Origin: Alphaproteobacteria bacterium
GTDB taxonomy: Bacteria > Pseudomonadota > Alphaproteobacteria > MPNO01 > UBA830
DNA: 64,000 nt
Assembly (NCBI GenBank): GCA_965243135.1
Contig: OZ251539.1
Coordinates: 1,056,001-1,120,000, forward strand
Direction of reading: 5' to 3'
In this document: positions 9,661-20,005 of the stretch, one piece after another
How the letters are laid out: each line of letters begins with the position of its first letter
How positions within the stretch are numbered: position 1 is the stretch's first letter
The notes under the pieces: model-generated
Database searches by the model: none
What the model was told of the DNA's origin: nothing
What the model saw: the letters and a program-made list of their open reading frames with translations, nothing else
Program-made: the position numbers and the translations under genes

Positions 9661-11969
9661 ACCCGGTCGGCAGCAACCTTCCGCGGCTGGAAGCGCGCGA
9701 AAAGATAAACGGCCGCGCCGTGTATTCGGACGACCTGTTTCTTCCCCATATGCTTCACGCGGCGGTTCTGCAGAGCCCGCATGCCCATGCGCGCATACTC
9801 TCCTGCGACGTCTCCGCGGCTCTTGCCGTGCCCGGAGTGATCGCGGCCTTGACCGGCGACGACATCGGATACCATCGGATCGGTCCCTTCGTGAAGGACG
9901 AAACCGCCATCGCCAAGGGCAAGGTCCGGTACGTCGGAGAACCCGTCGCCGCTGTCGCGGCCGTCGATCAGGAAACCGCGCGAACGGCAGTCGCGCTGAT
10001 CGATGTGGAATACGAGGAATTGCCGGCCGCGCTTTCGATCGACGAGGCGATGGCCGAGGGCGCGCCCCTTCTCCACGAGAATTTCGGGGAGCTTGTCCGG
10101 ACTTTCGAGGCGGATCACGACGGAAACGTGATGTGCGCGATCCGGATAGAGGAGGGCGACGTCGATGCTGCATGGGAATCCTGCGACGTCGTCGTGGAAG
10201 GCGAGTACGAAACGCAGGCCCAGTGCCACGCCTACATGGAGCCGTGTTCCGCCGTCGCGGACATCGACGCGAACGGCAAGATAACCGTCTGGTCCGGCAA
10301 TCAATCGGTATTTCGCCTTCAGGCGAACGTCGCGGAGTCGCTCGACATGCCGATGTCGAAGATCCGCTGCGTCACGCCGCGGGTCGGCGGCGCCTTCGGC
10401 GGCAAGATGGAACAGACCGTTCAGCCGATCGTCGCGGCGCTGTGCCGCAAGGCCGGGCGGCCGGTGAAGCTGACGCTGTCGCGGGAACAGGACTTCGAAA
10501 TGATCCGGTCGCGGCATCCCGCGAAGGTGTGGATGAAGACGGGAGCCTCCCGAGACGGCCGGCTGGTCGCCCGCGCGGCGCGGATCCGCCTGGACGCGGG
10601 AGCGTACGCGGACGACAGCCCGGGCGTCGCCGGAATATGCGCCTTGTTTTGCCGAGGGCCGTATCACGTCGAGAACGTCTCCGTGAGTTCCGCCGCGGTC
10701 TATACCAACAAGCTCAGGGCGGGGGCGTTCCGCGGTTTCGGCGGACCGCAGGTCGCGATCGCCGGGGAGACCCAGATCGACGAGATAGCCGGTAAGCTCG
10801 GCATCGATCCGATCGACTTCCGGCTCGCGAACGCCGTTCGTCCGGACGAGGAATGGCTTGGCGGACTCAAGCTGTCGACGCCGGCTCTGCGCGAATGCCT
10901 GCAGGAGGTGCGCGACGCCTGCGACTGGAAACGGCGCCGCGCAGCGGCGGCTTCCGGCGCGAACGGTCGCAAGCGCGGCATCGGCGTCGCCTGTCTGCCG
11001 CATATTTCGGGGATTCTTTCGTCCGGCGCGATCGTCAGGATTCTCGAGGACGGAACCGCGGTGCTGAACACCGGCGCGGTCGACAACGGCCAGGGTTCGG
11101 ACACGGTGCTTGCGCAGATATGCGCGGCCGCCCTCGGCCTCGAAGTCGACCAGATCAGCCTCGCCGTCGCGGATACCGACTCGTCTCCCTACAATTGGGG
11201 CACGACCGCGAGCCGCGTCACCTACATGACCGGGCGGGCGGTCGTCTCGGCGGCGAACGCCGCCGTCGAACAGCTGAAGCGGCGCGCCGCCGCGATGATG
11301 GAATGCGCGGTCGAAGATCTCGAAATGCGCGCCGGCGGCTATATCGGCCTGAAAGGCGTTCCCGATGCGCGGGTCAGCTACAGGGACATATCGGGTTACG
11401 CTCACTGGGTGGCGCAGGGCCCCGTCATCGGAAGCGACAGCTTCGCCTACGACGGCGAGGAATTCGACCCCAAGCGCGGTTTCGTCAGGGGGTTTCCGTT
11501 CGGCAGGATCGGCGCCTGGATTTTCGCCGCCCAAGCCGTCGAGGTGGAAATCGACGAGGCGACCGGACGCATAACGCCGATCGAGGTCTGGTCGGCCCAC
11601 GATATCGGCCGCGCCATCAATCCGTCGTCGGTCGCCGGACAGGTCGAAGGCGGCGTGGTGCAGGGAATCGGCTACGCGTTGCATGAGGAAATGGTCTGGG
11701 ATTCCGGACGTCTCGCGAACCCCTCGCTCATGGACTACAAGATTCCGGGCGCGCTCGATTCTCCGCCGAAGATCAACACGATCCTTGTCGAGGTGCCCGA
11801 CGAAACCGGTCCGTTCGGCGCCAAGGGAGTCGGCGAGCCGCCCATCGTGGGGATCGCCCCCGCGATCGCGAACGCGGTGGCTCATGCGACAGGCGCGCGC
11901 CTGCGACGCCTTCCCATGACGCCGGAACGAGTCCTTCGCGCCTTCAGGGAGGAGGGCGCCGGAACCTGA
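9657..11969 (+). CDS. Xanthine dehydrogenase-family molybdopterin-binding large subunit
   Basis: GGAFGGK, AFRGFG, GQGSDT, GAKGVGE motifs; loop is not the CODH AYxCSFR type. Confidence 0.93.
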   Translation: MNPVGSNLPRLEAREKINGRAVYSDDLFLPHMLHAAVLQSPHAHARILSCDVSAALAVPGVIAALTGDDIGYHRIGPFVKDETAIAKGKVRYVGEPVAAVAAVDQETARTAVALIDVEYEELPAALSIDEAMAEGAPLLHENFGELVRTFEADHDGNVMCAIRIEEGDVDAAWESCDVVVEGEYETQAQCHAYMEPCSAVADIDANGKITVWSGNQSVFRLQANVAESLDMPMSKIRCVTPRVGGAFGGKMEQTVQPIVAALCRKAGRPVKLTLSREQDFEMIRSRHPAKVWMKTGASRDGRLVARAARIRLDAGAYADDSPGVAGICALFCRGPYHVENVSVSSAAVYTNKLRAGAFRGFGGPQVAIAGETQIDEIAGKLGIDPIDFRLANAVRPDEEWLGGLKLSTPALRECLQEVRDACDWKRRRAAAASGANGRKRGIGVACLPHISGILSSGAIVRILEDGTAVLNTGAVDNGQGSDTVLAQICAAALGLEVDQISLAVADTDSSPYNWGTTASRVTYMTGRAVVSAANAAVEQLKRRAAAMMECAVEDLEMRAGGYIGLKGVPDARVSYRDISGYAHWVAQGPVIGSDSFAYDGEEFDPKRGFVRGFPFGRIGAWIFAAQAVEVEIDEATGRITPIEVWSAHDIGRAINPSSVAGQVEGGVVQGIGYALHEEMVWDSGRLANPSLMDYKIPGALDSPPKINTILVEVPDETGPFGAKGVGEPPIVGIAPAIANAVAHATGARLRRLPMTPERVLRAFREEGAGT

Positions 11970-11980
11970 GGAGACCCACG

Positions 11981-13156
11981 ATGAAATATTTTTCCGCGCT
12001 TGCAGCGTTCGTCGCCGCCGCCGGGCTTGCGGCCCCGGCGGACGCGGCGGACCCGGTTCGAATCGGTTATTCCCTGCCGAAGACGGGAATATTCGCGCCC
12101 GCCGCGGCGTCGCAGGACAACGCCTACGAGCTGTGGCGCGAGCAGGTCAATGCGAAAGGCGGGCTCGACGTCGCGGGCGAACGCCGCATGGTGGAATTCG
12201 TCAAGTACGACGACCAGTCGAATCCCGGAAAAGTCGTCCAGATCTACGAAAAGCTGGTAGCCGGCGACAAGGTCGATCTGGTCTTCGCTCCATGGGGCAC
12301 GGCCCACCATTTCGCTCTCGCCGGATTTCTCGAGCGCCGCAAGTTGCCGATGATGGGCAACACCGCGGCGTCCGTGAAAATCCGCGACCTCGAAGCGAAA
12401 TACATCTGGTTTCCGGCTTCCGGCATGCCGGACCAGCTCGCGGAAGCGGTGGCGAAGCTCATGAAGGAGCAGAACGTCGGCAGCGCCGCCGTTCTCACCC
12501 TGCAGTTGCCCTTTTCCCTGGAGGTTCGCGAGTTCCTGCTCCCGGCGCTGAAGAAGGAAGGCATCGACGTCGTTCTCGCCAAGGAATATCCGCCGACCGT
12601 CAAGGACATGACGGCGCAGCTCGCCCAGGTGAAAGCGGCCGCTCCGGACGCGGTGCTTTCGCTTTCCTATCCTTCGGATTCGGTCATGTACGTGAAGCAG
12701 GCGAAGGCGCTCGGCCTCAAGGCGCAGTTCCAGCTCGTGCTCATCGGCCCTTCGATGCCTTTCTTCGGCAAGGTGCTCGGCGGCGCGACCGACGGCATCG
12801 TCACGCTCGGTCAGTGGTCGCCCCATCAGAAGAGCTGGCCTCGCGCGATGCCGTTCCTGAACGCTTACAAGTCCAGGTTCGACGACGTTCCGGACTATCT
12901 CGATTCGGCGTTGGTCTACATGTCCTGCGAGATCGTCGAACAGGCCGTGGCCAAAGCCGGCCTCGACCGCGAGAAGCTTCGCGCCGCGTATGCCTCCGGC
13001 ACTTTCGAGACGATCGGGGGCGAGATTTCCTTCGACGGCGTTCAGGCGACCGCTCCGACCCTGGTTTCCCAGGTCCAGGACGGGGAGATCCACATCGTCT
13101 ACCCGCCCGAAGTGGCGACCAGCCCCTACCGGCCGAAGACCGGCTGGGGCGAATAA
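11981..13156 (+). CDS. Branched-chain amino-acid-type ABC transporter substrate-binding protein
   Basis: Signal peptide, IGYSLPKTG, NAKGGL, YDDQSNP. Confidence 0.9.
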   Translation: MKYFSALAAFVAAAGLAAPADAADPVRIGYSLPKTGIFAPAAASQDNAYELWREQVNAKGGLDVAGERRMVEFVKYDDQSNPGKVVQIYEKLVAGDKVDLVFAPWGTAHHFALAGFLERRKLPMMGNTAASVKIRDLEAKYIWFPASGMPDQLAEAVAKLMKEQNVGSAAVLTLQLPFSLEVREFLLPALKKEGIDVVLAKEYPPTVKDMTAQLAQVKAAAPDAVLSLSYPSDSVMYVKQAKALGLKAQFQLVLIGPSMPFFGKVLGGATDGIVTLGQWSPHQKSWPRAMPFLNAYKSRFDDVPDYLDSALVYMSCEIVEQAVAKAGLDREKLRAAYASGTFETIGGEISFDGVQATAPTLVSQVQDGEIHIVYPPEVATSPYRPKTGWGE

Positions 13157-13201
13157 AGGCGCCGCGGCCGCCGCGCCGCCGCCTTTTCCCGGAACGCCGC
13201 G

Positions 13202-14092
13202 TTGGACGCGCTGCTGTCGATCCAGCTTCTTCTCGCGGCGCTGGTCACCGGTTTTACGTACGCCCTGGTGGCGTTGGGCCTCAATCTGATCTACGGCACC
13301 ATGCGGCTGCTCAACGTCGCGCACGGCGAGCTCGTCATGCTGGGAGCCTACCTTGCGTTCTGGCTGTTCACGCTCGCCGGCGTGTCGCCGATCGTTTCGC
13401 TGGCCCTCGTTCTGTTGCCGGGGGCGGCGTTCGGCTGGCTGGCCTATGCGGGAATATTCCGCAGCGCCATTCTGTCGACCGCCGTCGTCGAGCGGCTGGA
13501 GGCGAATTCCCTCCTGCTGTTCTTCGGACTGTCGATCGTGTTGCAGAACGTCGTGTCGCTCGCCTTCGGCGCCGACCAGCGCGGTTATCGTTATCTGGAC
13601 GCCGTCGTCGAGTTCGCGGGTCTCGCCATCACCGCCAACCGGCTGCTGGCGTTCGGAGTTTCGCTGACCGTTTGCCTCGCGCTGATCCTCTTTCTGAACC
13701 GGTCGATTTTCGGACTGGCGATCCGCGCTCTGATTCAAAGCCGCGAGGCGACCGCCCTGGTCGGGATCGACGTGGACCGCGTGCAGATGACGAGCTTCGC
13801 TCTCGGCTTCGCCCTGGCGGCGCTCGCCGGCGCGCTCGTCAGCACGATGCAGCAGATCTCGCCGTTCATGGGATTTCCGTTCACCATCGCCGCCTTCGTC
13901 GTGATCATTCTGGGCGGCCTCGGAAACATGACGGGAAGCGTCGTGGGCGGGTTGATCCTCGGTTTTCTGGAGACGTACGGCGTGGCGCTGACCGCGCCGA
14001 CCTACCAGTCCATCCTGATCTACGGCGTCTTCATCGCCGCGCTGCTGTGGCGACCGCAGGGCATAATGGGCGCGAGGCGAGCCGCCCGATGA
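13202..14092 (+). CDS. ABC transporter permease (LivH-like)
   Basis: ALGLNLIYG...NVAHGE, VVIILGGLG. Confidence 0.9.
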   Translation: MDALLSIQLLLAALVTGFTYALVALGLNLIYGTMRLLNVAHGELVMLGAYLAFWLFTLAGVSPIVSLALVLLPGAAFGWLAYAGIFRSAILSTAVVERLEANSLLLFFGLSIVLQNVVSLAFGADQRGYRYLDAVVEFAGLAITANRLLAFGVSLTVCLALILFLNRSIFGLAIRALIQSREATALVGIDVDRVQMTSFALGFALAALAGALVSTMQQISPFMGFPFTIAAFVVIILGGLGNMTGSVVGGLILGFLETYGVALTAPTYQSILIYGVFIAALLWRPQGIMGARRAAR

Positions 14093-14994
14093 CGCGCGCC
14101 GCCGCGGTCGGAGCGATTTTCGCGGCGTTCGGTTCGCTGGCGTTCGCCCCGAGGTTTTTCGACGATTACCTCGTCGGATTCATGTTCACCTTGATGATGT
14201 GGCTTGCGCTGACCCAGAGCTGGGCGCTGTTTTCCGGCCTGACGGGCTACGTTTCGCTGGGCCACGCGGTGTTTTTCGGAATCGGCGCCTACGCGATGGT
14301 TCTGTGCTGGGGCGCGGTTTCCCTCTGGGCGGCGCTGGCGATCGCCGGCGCGGCGGCCGGACTTCTCGCGTTGATCGCGGGCTATCCGTGCCTCCGCGTT
14401 CGCGGCCCTTACTTCGTCATTCTGACGTTCGGGTTGGCCGAACTGGTCAAATACGTCGTGGTCAACGTCGAGGCGGCGCTGGGCCAGTTCAGCCGCGTCG
14501 TTTTCGCCGCTCCCGACCTCGACCTGCTCTATTACGCGATGGTCGTTCTCGCGGCCGTCTCGACCGCGGTCACCTACGCCGCCCGCAGGTCGCGAGTCGG
14601 CGTCGGGCTTCGCGCGATTCGCGAGGACGAGCAGGCGGCGGAAACGCTCGGCGTCGACGTGACCGCATACAAGACGTTCGCGTTCTGCGCGTCGGCCGTC
14701 GTTCCCGGAATGGTCGGAGCCGTCGCCGTTCTGCGGACGACCTATTTCGAGCCTCTTCAGGCTTTCAGCCCGGTCACGTCCTTCATGATCGTCGCCATCG
14801 CGATCTTCGGAGGGGGAGACGACGCGCCCGGTCCGGTCTACGGCGCGGTGTTCCTGGTCGTTCTCCAGGAACTGTTGTGGGCCAACTGGCCGGAAGTCTA
14901 CATGATAATTCTCGGGACGCTGCTCATCGTTTTCGTGCTGTGGTCGCCGGACGGCGTTCACGGCTGGGTCCGCAGGTTTCGGCGGCGGCGCTGA
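14089..14994 (+). CDS. ABC transporter permease (LivM-like)
   Basis: GLTGYVSLGHAVFFGIGAY, LRVRGPYF, AIREDE. Confidence 0.9.
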   Translation: MTRAAAVGAIFAAFGSLAFAPRFFDDYLVGFMFTLMMWLALTQSWALFSGLTGYVSLGHAVFFGIGAYAMVLCWGAVSLWAALAIAGAAAGLLALIAGYPCLRVRGPYFVILTFGLAELVKYVVVNVEAALGQFSRVVFAAPDLDLLYYAMVVLAAVSTAVTYAARRSRVGVGLRAIREDEQAAETLGVDVTAYKTFAFCASAVVPGMVGAVAVLRTTYFEPLQAFSPVTSFMIVAIAIFGGGDDAPGPVYGAVFLVVLQELLWANWPEVYMIILGTLLIVFVLWSPDGVHGWVRRFRRRR

Positions 14995-15719
14995 TGCTTC
15001 TGGAAGTTCGGGACGTCACCAAGAACTTCGGCGGGCTCGCGGCCGTCGACGGCGTGACGTTCTCCGTCGAAGAGGGCGAAATACTGGGACTCATGGGGGC
15101 CAACGGCGCGGGCAAGACGACGTTGTTCAGCATGATCGCCGGAAATCGGCGACCGACCAGGGGAGCAATCAGCTTCGACGGACGCCGCATCGACCGTCTC
15201 CGGCCGGACCGCATCTGCCGTCTCGGGATCGCGCGCGTCTTTCAGATCGTTCGGCCGTTCTCCGACATGACCGTTCTGGAGAACGCGATGGTCGGCGACC
15301 TGTTCGGAACGCGCCGGGAGCGATCGCTGGAATCCGCGGAAGCGCGATGCCGCGGCGTTCTCGCGGAGGTCGGGCTGTCCGGCCGCGCCGACGACCCGGC
15401 CCGCTCGCTCAACCTGGCGGGCCAAAAGAAGCTGGAAATCGCGCGGGCGCTCGCGACCGAGCCGAGATTGCTGATGCTCGACGAGGTCATGGCGGGGCTG
15501 ACGCCGACGGAGGTGCTGGAAACGGTCGCCATGATCCGGCGGCTTCACGCCGCCCGGCGGCTGACGCTGATCGTCATCGAGCACGTGATGGGCGTCTTGA
15601 TGGATCTGTGCCGGCGGATCGTCGTTCTCCACAACGGCGCTCTGATCGCGGAAGGGCCTCCGGCCCGGATAGCGAACGATCCCCGGGTGGTCGACTCCTA
15701 TCTGGGAACCGGAAGGTGA
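14994..15719 (+). CDS. ABC transporter ATP-binding protein (LivG-like)
   Basis: GANGAGKTT, LMLDE, IEH. Confidence 0.92.
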   Translation: MLLEVRDVTKNFGGLAAVDGVTFSVEEGEILGLMGANGAGKTTLFSMIAGNRRPTRGAISFDGRRIDRLRPDRICRLGIARVFQIVRPFSDMTVLENAMVGDLFGTRRERSLESAEARCRGVLAEVGLSGRADDPARSLNLAGQKKLEIARALATEPRLLMLDEVMAGLTPTEVLETVAMIRRLHAARRLTLIVIEHVMGVLMDLCRRIVVLHNGALIAEGPPARIANDPRVVDSYLGTGR

Positions 15720-16423
15720 AGGCCTTGCTGGAAACCCGCGAACTCTCGGCCGGCTACGGCCAGATCCGGGCGCTGCGCGAGGTGTCGCTCGAAGCGGTCG
15801 AAGGTTCCGTCACCGCGCTGGTCGGCAGCCAGGGGGCCGGAAAGACGACGCTGATGCGGGCGCTGTCCGGGTTGTTGCGCCATGACCGCGGCCGGATCCT
15901 TTTCGACGGTCGCGACGTCGGCGGCCTGCCTCCCGACCGGCGGGTGGCGCTGGGAATTTCTCTCGTTCCCGAGGGCCGCCTGATATTTCCGGACTTCACG
16001 GTGGAGCAGAACCTGCGCATCGGCGGCTTCTCGGCCCGCGACAGGACCGACGCCAATCTCGAAAGCATGTTCGCGCTGTTTCCCAGGTTGCGCGAACGCT
16101 GCGCCCAGCGGGGCGAAACCTTGTCCGGCGGAGAGCAGCAGATGCTGGCGCTGGCGCGCGGCCTGATGAGCGAACCCCGCCTGCTGCTCCTCGACGAACC
16201 GAGTCTCGGCCTCGCTCCGGCCGTCGCGCGCCTGCTGTTCGACACCGTGGCGCTGATCCGCGAGCGCGGGATCACCGTGCTCATCGTCGAGCAGGATATC
16301 CGTTCGACTCTCGAGATCGCCGACCGCGCCTACGTCATGGAGAACGGGCGAATCGTCATGAGCGGCGAGGCTTCGGACCTGCTTGCCGACGATTCGGTCA
16401 GGCGAGCCTATCTGGGCATGTAA
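15716..16423 (+). CDS. ABC transporter ATP-binding protein (LivF-like)
   Basis: GSQGAGKTT, LSGGEQQ, LLDEPSLGL. Confidence 0.92.
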   Translation: MKALLETRELSAGYGQIRALREVSLEAVEGSVTALVGSQGAGKTTLMRALSGLLRHDRGRILFDGRDVGGLPPDRRVALGISLVPEGRLIFPDFTVEQNLRIGGFSARDRTDANLESMFALFPRLRERCAQRGETLSGGEQQMLALARGLMSEPRLLLLDEPSLGLAPAVARLLFDTVALIRERGITVLIVEQDIRSTLEIADRAYVMENGRIVMSGEASDLLADDSVRRAYLGM

Positions 16424-16501
16424 CGAGCCCGCGACCCCCGGCCGCGGCGAACGCTCTCGCGGCCGGCGCGGCGGAAAGCGCCGGGGCCGCCGCCTCCCGG
16501 T

Positions 16502-18193
16502 TCAGACGTAGGCGATCAACAGCAGCGCTCCCAGCAGCACGGCGACCCAGAGCGCCATCGATCCGGTCGGCCACGTCCGCGCCAGGACTCCCTCGGGCCC
16601 ATGGTGCTGGAACATGTAATCGACCACGCGGGCCACGCCGCGGCCGAGATCCTCGAGAATGCTTCTCCAGCCCTCCCCGGTGTGCGCGAGGAACCGGCGG
16701 TACAGGTTCGGCAGCCAGCGCCGGTAGGCGATGTCGAAATCGAGGTTCACCGACCGGAGTTCGGGCGGGTAGATGCGGTAGCGCATGAGCACCGCGAAGG
16801 CGAGGGCCGAGAACAGCAGAAGCTGGTACTGGCCGACGACGTGCCCCGCGGTGTACGGCTGGTAATCGACCGGGTAGGGAAGGAGGCCGTACAGCAGGGG
16901 CGAGTGGACGCCGAGCGCGATGCAAAGCGCCGCCGTTACGCCCATCGCGACCAGCATGTTCCACGGCGCCTCCTTGCAGCGCTTGCCGGAATCGTGCGCG
17001 AAGAACGCGAAGTAGGGGATCTTGATCCCGGAATGGTGGAACACGCCCGCCGAGGCGAACAGCAAAACCAGCCAGACGACGAAATGGCCTTCGTACGCGA
17101 CCGCCGACAAGGTCAGCGATTTCGCGACGAATCCCGAGAACAGCGGAAACGCGGAGATCGACGCGGCGCCGACGATGCAGAACGCGGTCGTCAGCGGCAT
17201 CGACTTGTACAGCCCCCCGAGCTCCGATCCCTTCGCCGTGCCGACGCGATGGAGCACTGCGCCCATCGACATGAACAGGAGCGCCTTGTAGAGGATGTGG
17301 GCGAAGGCGTGAGCGGCCGCGCCGTTGAGCGCGAGGGCCGAGCCGATGCCGACGCCGCAGACCATGAAGCCGAGCTGGTTGTTGAGGGAGTAGGCAAGGA
17401 CTCGCCGAAGATCGTTCTCGATGACGGCGTAGAAGATCGGGAACGCGGTCATCGCCGCGCCGACGTAGATCAGCAGTTCGGTTCCGGGAAAGCCCCGCGC
17501 CAGCGCGTAGACGGCGCACTTCGTGGTGAAAGCCGACAGGAAGACCGTGCCCGTGACCGTCGCCTCCGGATAGGCGTCCTGCAGCCAGTTGTGGAGGAAC
17601 GGGAACGCGCACTTGATGCCGAACGCGAGCAGGATCAGCCATGCGGCCGCGCTGTCGAGAGTCATCTTCTCGAAAGCGATGGATCCCGTCTGGTGCGTCA
17701 TCAGGAGGGCGCCCGACAGAAGGAGCACCCCCGAGCCGATCTGGATGACGAGGTAGCGCATTCCGGCGCGGTAGGCGGCCTCGGTGCGCCGCGCCCAGAT
17801 CAGGAACACCGACGTCACCGCCATCGCCTCCCAGTAGACGAACAGGGTAAGGAGGTCTCCCGCGAAGACCGCGCCGATTCCGGAGCCCGCATAGGCCATG
17901 GCCGCGGTCTGCTCCACCGCGTCGTCGTTGTGCCAGGCGTATACGACGCTCAGCGCGGCGGCGATGTGGAAGATGTATCCGAATATCAGGCTGAGCCCGT
18001 CGATTCGGACCGGCGCGATTTCGAACTCGAAAAACGTAAAGCCGTAGAAGACGCCGGACTCGGCGTTGGCGAGCGCCCACAGCCCGGCGAGCGGCAGCGC
18101 CGTAAGCCACGCCTGCCGCCAGCGTCCGGGCAGGAACGGCGCCGGCAACGCGCCGAGAATCAGAAGCAGGCCGGGCGGAATCCCGAAAAGCAT
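16502..18193 (-). CDS. Na+/H+ antiporter subunit D-like (MrpD/NuoL family)
   Basis: Hydrophobic; LHNWLQDAYP, ENDLRRVLAYS, HILYKALLF. Confidence 0.88.
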   Translation of the reverse strand: MLFGIPPGLLLILGALPAPFLPGRWRQAWLTALPLAGLWALANAESGVFYGFTFFEFEIAPVRIDGLSLIFGYIFHIAAALSVVYAWHNDDAVEQTAAMAYAGSGIGAVFAGDLLTLFVYWEAMAVTSVFLIWARRTEAAYRAGMRYLVIQIGSGVLLLSGALLMTHQTGSIAFEKMTLDSAAAWLILLAFGIKCAFPFLHNWLQDAYPEATVTGTVFLSAFTTKCAVYALARGFPGTELLIYVGAAMTAFPIFYAVIENDLRRVLAYSLNNQLGFMVCGVGIGSALALNGAAAHAFAHILYKALLFMSMGAVLHRVGTAKGSELGGLYKSMPLTTAFCIVGAASISAFPLFSGFVAKSLTLSAVAYEGHFVVWLVLLFASAGVFHHSGIKIPYFAFFAHDSGKRCKEAPWNMLVAMGVTAALCIALGVHSPLLYGLLPYPVDYQPYTAGHVVGQYQLLLFSALAFAVLMRYRIYPPELRSVNLDFDIAYRRWLPNLYRRFLAHTGEGWRSILEDLGRGVARVVDYMFQHHGPEGVLARTWPTGSMALWVAVLLGALLLIAYV

Positions 18194-18474
18194 CAGCGGT
18201 CGTCCTTCCCGGAATCGTAGTAGTCCTCTTTCCGCTTGAGCAGCTTTCTCAGTTCCTTCGCGGCCAGCACCAGGCCGACGCAGGCGACGAACCCGTAAAG
18301 GCCGTAGAAACCGAAGACTTTCTCGACGTCGAATTCCGGATGCTTGACGTAGAAGGCGTCCGCCAGGAACAGCAGCGCGCACACTCCGACGATCGCCCAA
18401 TAGATCTTGTCCACGTTGAGCGGATCGTCGAGCCAGTATTTGCGTTCGTCGGGCGAGGGGGCGGGATTCGTCAT
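18193..18474 (-). CDS. Small two-TM membrane protein within Mrp operon
   Basis: Coupled to neighbours; two hydrophobic segments, KRKEDYYD C-terminus. Confidence 0.75.
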   Translation of the reverse strand: MTNPAPSPDERKYWLDDPLNVDKIYWAIVGVCALLFLADAFYVKHPEFDVEKVFGFYGLYGFVACVGLVLAAKELRKLLKRKEDYYDSGKDDR

Positions 18475-18484
18475 CGGACGCTCC

Positions 18485-20005
18485 TCAGTTCGCGATCGGG
18501 GCGAGCATGGCGTAGAGGCGATCGGCGAACAGGAACAGGACGATGCAACCGATCGCGGTGATCCATAGCGGAACGACGCAGAAGATCGGCGCCTCCCGCA
18601 GCCCCTCCGCGCTTTCCCGCTCGTTCCGCGGTCCGAAGAAGCCGCGCGCGAACACCGGAATCAGGTAGGCCACGTTCAGAAGCGACGAGATCATCAACAC
18701 CGCGACGAACGCCAGTTGGTCCGCTTCCACGGCTCCGAGCGCGATGTACCATTTGCTCCAGGAGCCGCCGAGCGGCGGCAGCCCGATGACGCTGAGAGCG
18801 CCGACGAGGAAGGCGGCGAAGGTGAAAGGCATGCGCCGTCCGAGGCCTCGCATCTGGCTGATCTCGGTCTTGTGCGAAGCGACCATGACCGCGCCGGCGC
18901 AGAAAAACAGCGTGATCTTCCCGAAGGCGTGCATCGCGATGTGCATCGCTCCGCCGACCAGGCTGAAGGAGGTCGCCAGCGCTCCCGCGAGGACGACGTA
19001 GGACAGCTGGCTGACCGTCGAATAGGCCAGCCGCGCCTTGAGGTTGTCCTTGGTCAGGGCCACCAGGGACGCCAGCAGGATGGTGGCTCCCGCGGCGTAC
19101 ATCAGCCAGACGCTGGCGCCGGTCTCGCGCAGGTAGTCCGCGCCGAAGATGTAGACGATGACCTTGAGCACGGTGAAGACGCCCGCCTTCACCACGGCGA
19201 CGGCGTGCAGCAGGGCGCTGACCGGGGTCGGCGCGACCATGGCCGCGGGAAGCCACCGGTGAATGGGCATCAGCGCCGCCTTGCCGATGCCGTACATGTA
19301 AAGAAACAGCAGCAGGACGACGAGGCCGTCGTCGATCTTGCCCCTGAGAATTCCGCCTTCGGCGAACTCCAGCGTGCCGGTCGCCTGCCACGTCCACAGC
19401 AGCGCGATCAGCATCAGGCCGATCGAGGTCGACATCAGAATGCCCAGATAGGTGCGCCCGGCGCGCTTCGCCTCTTCGGACTGGTTGTGGGTGACGAGCG
19501 GATAGGTCGACAGGGTCAAGGCCTCGTACGCGATGAACAGGGTGAGCATGTCGGCGGCGAAGGCGACCGCGAGCGCGCTCGAAATGGCGATCGCGAAGCA
19601 CATGAAGAACCGCGTCAGGTTCGCTTCGCCGTGTCCATGGTGTCCGTTCTCCCGCCCGTCCTCGGTGCCGTCGGACGGCTTCGCGAGCGGATCCCGCATG
19701 TAGCCCATGGAGTAGAACGACGTGACGATCCAGAGGAAGGAGGCGATAAGCCCGAACATCATGCCGAGCGGCTCGACCTTGAAGGCGAGGGGCAGGCCCG
19801 GGACGATTTCGAGGACGGCGAGCGCCGGCCGGCCGCCGTCGAGCACTTCCGGCAATATCTGCAAGACGCAGGCGAAGGTGACGATCGACGCGGCCACGGT
19901 CACGAATTCGCGCTGGTTGGGCCGGGAGCCCGACATCCAGATCAGGACGGTCCCCGCCAGAGGGGTCGCCATCGAAAGCGCGATCCAGCCGGCGGCCGTC
20001 ATCAT
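18485..20005 (-). CDS. Monovalent cation/H+ antiporter subunit D family
   Basis: HRWLPAAMVAPTPVSALLHAVAVVKAG, NLKARLAYSTVSQL. Confidence 0.9.
   Translation of the reverse strand: MMTAAGWIALSMATPLAGTVLIWMSGSRPNQREFVTVAASIVTFACVLQILPEVLDGGRPALAVLEIVPGLPLAFKVEPLGMMFGLIASFLWIVTSFYSMGYMRDPLAKPSDGTEDGRENGHHGHGEANLTRFFMCFAIAISSALAVAFAADMLTLFIAYEALTLSTYPLVTHNQSEEAKRAGRTYLGILMSTSIGLMLIALLWTWQATGTLEFAEGGILRGKIDDGLVVLLLFLYMYGIGKAALMPIHRWLPAAMVAPTPVSALLHAVAVVKAGVFTVLKVIVYIFGADYLRETGASVWLMYAAGATILLASLVALTKDNLKARLAYSTVSQLSYVVLAGALATSFSLVGGAMHIAMHAFGKITLFFCAGAVMVASHKTEISQMRGLGRRMPFTFAAFLVGALSVIGLPPLGGSWSKWYIALGAVEADQLAFVAVLMISSLLNVAYLIPVFARGFFGPRNERESAEGLREAPIFCVVPLWITAIGCIVLFLFADRLYAMLAPIAN

Noticed and set aside
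9606-11885. Long antisense ORFs (also 30305-32491, 43195-45135) and the off-frame same-strand ORF 49671-52592
   Set aside because: Shadow ORFs of high-GC genes with no recognisable motifs
9657-11969. Aerobic CO dehydrogenase (coxL)
   Set aside because: Lacks the AYxCSFR and AYRGAGR active-site loops
16430-16500. Intrinsic terminator between convergent operons
   Set aside because: GC hairpin present but no U-tract on either strand
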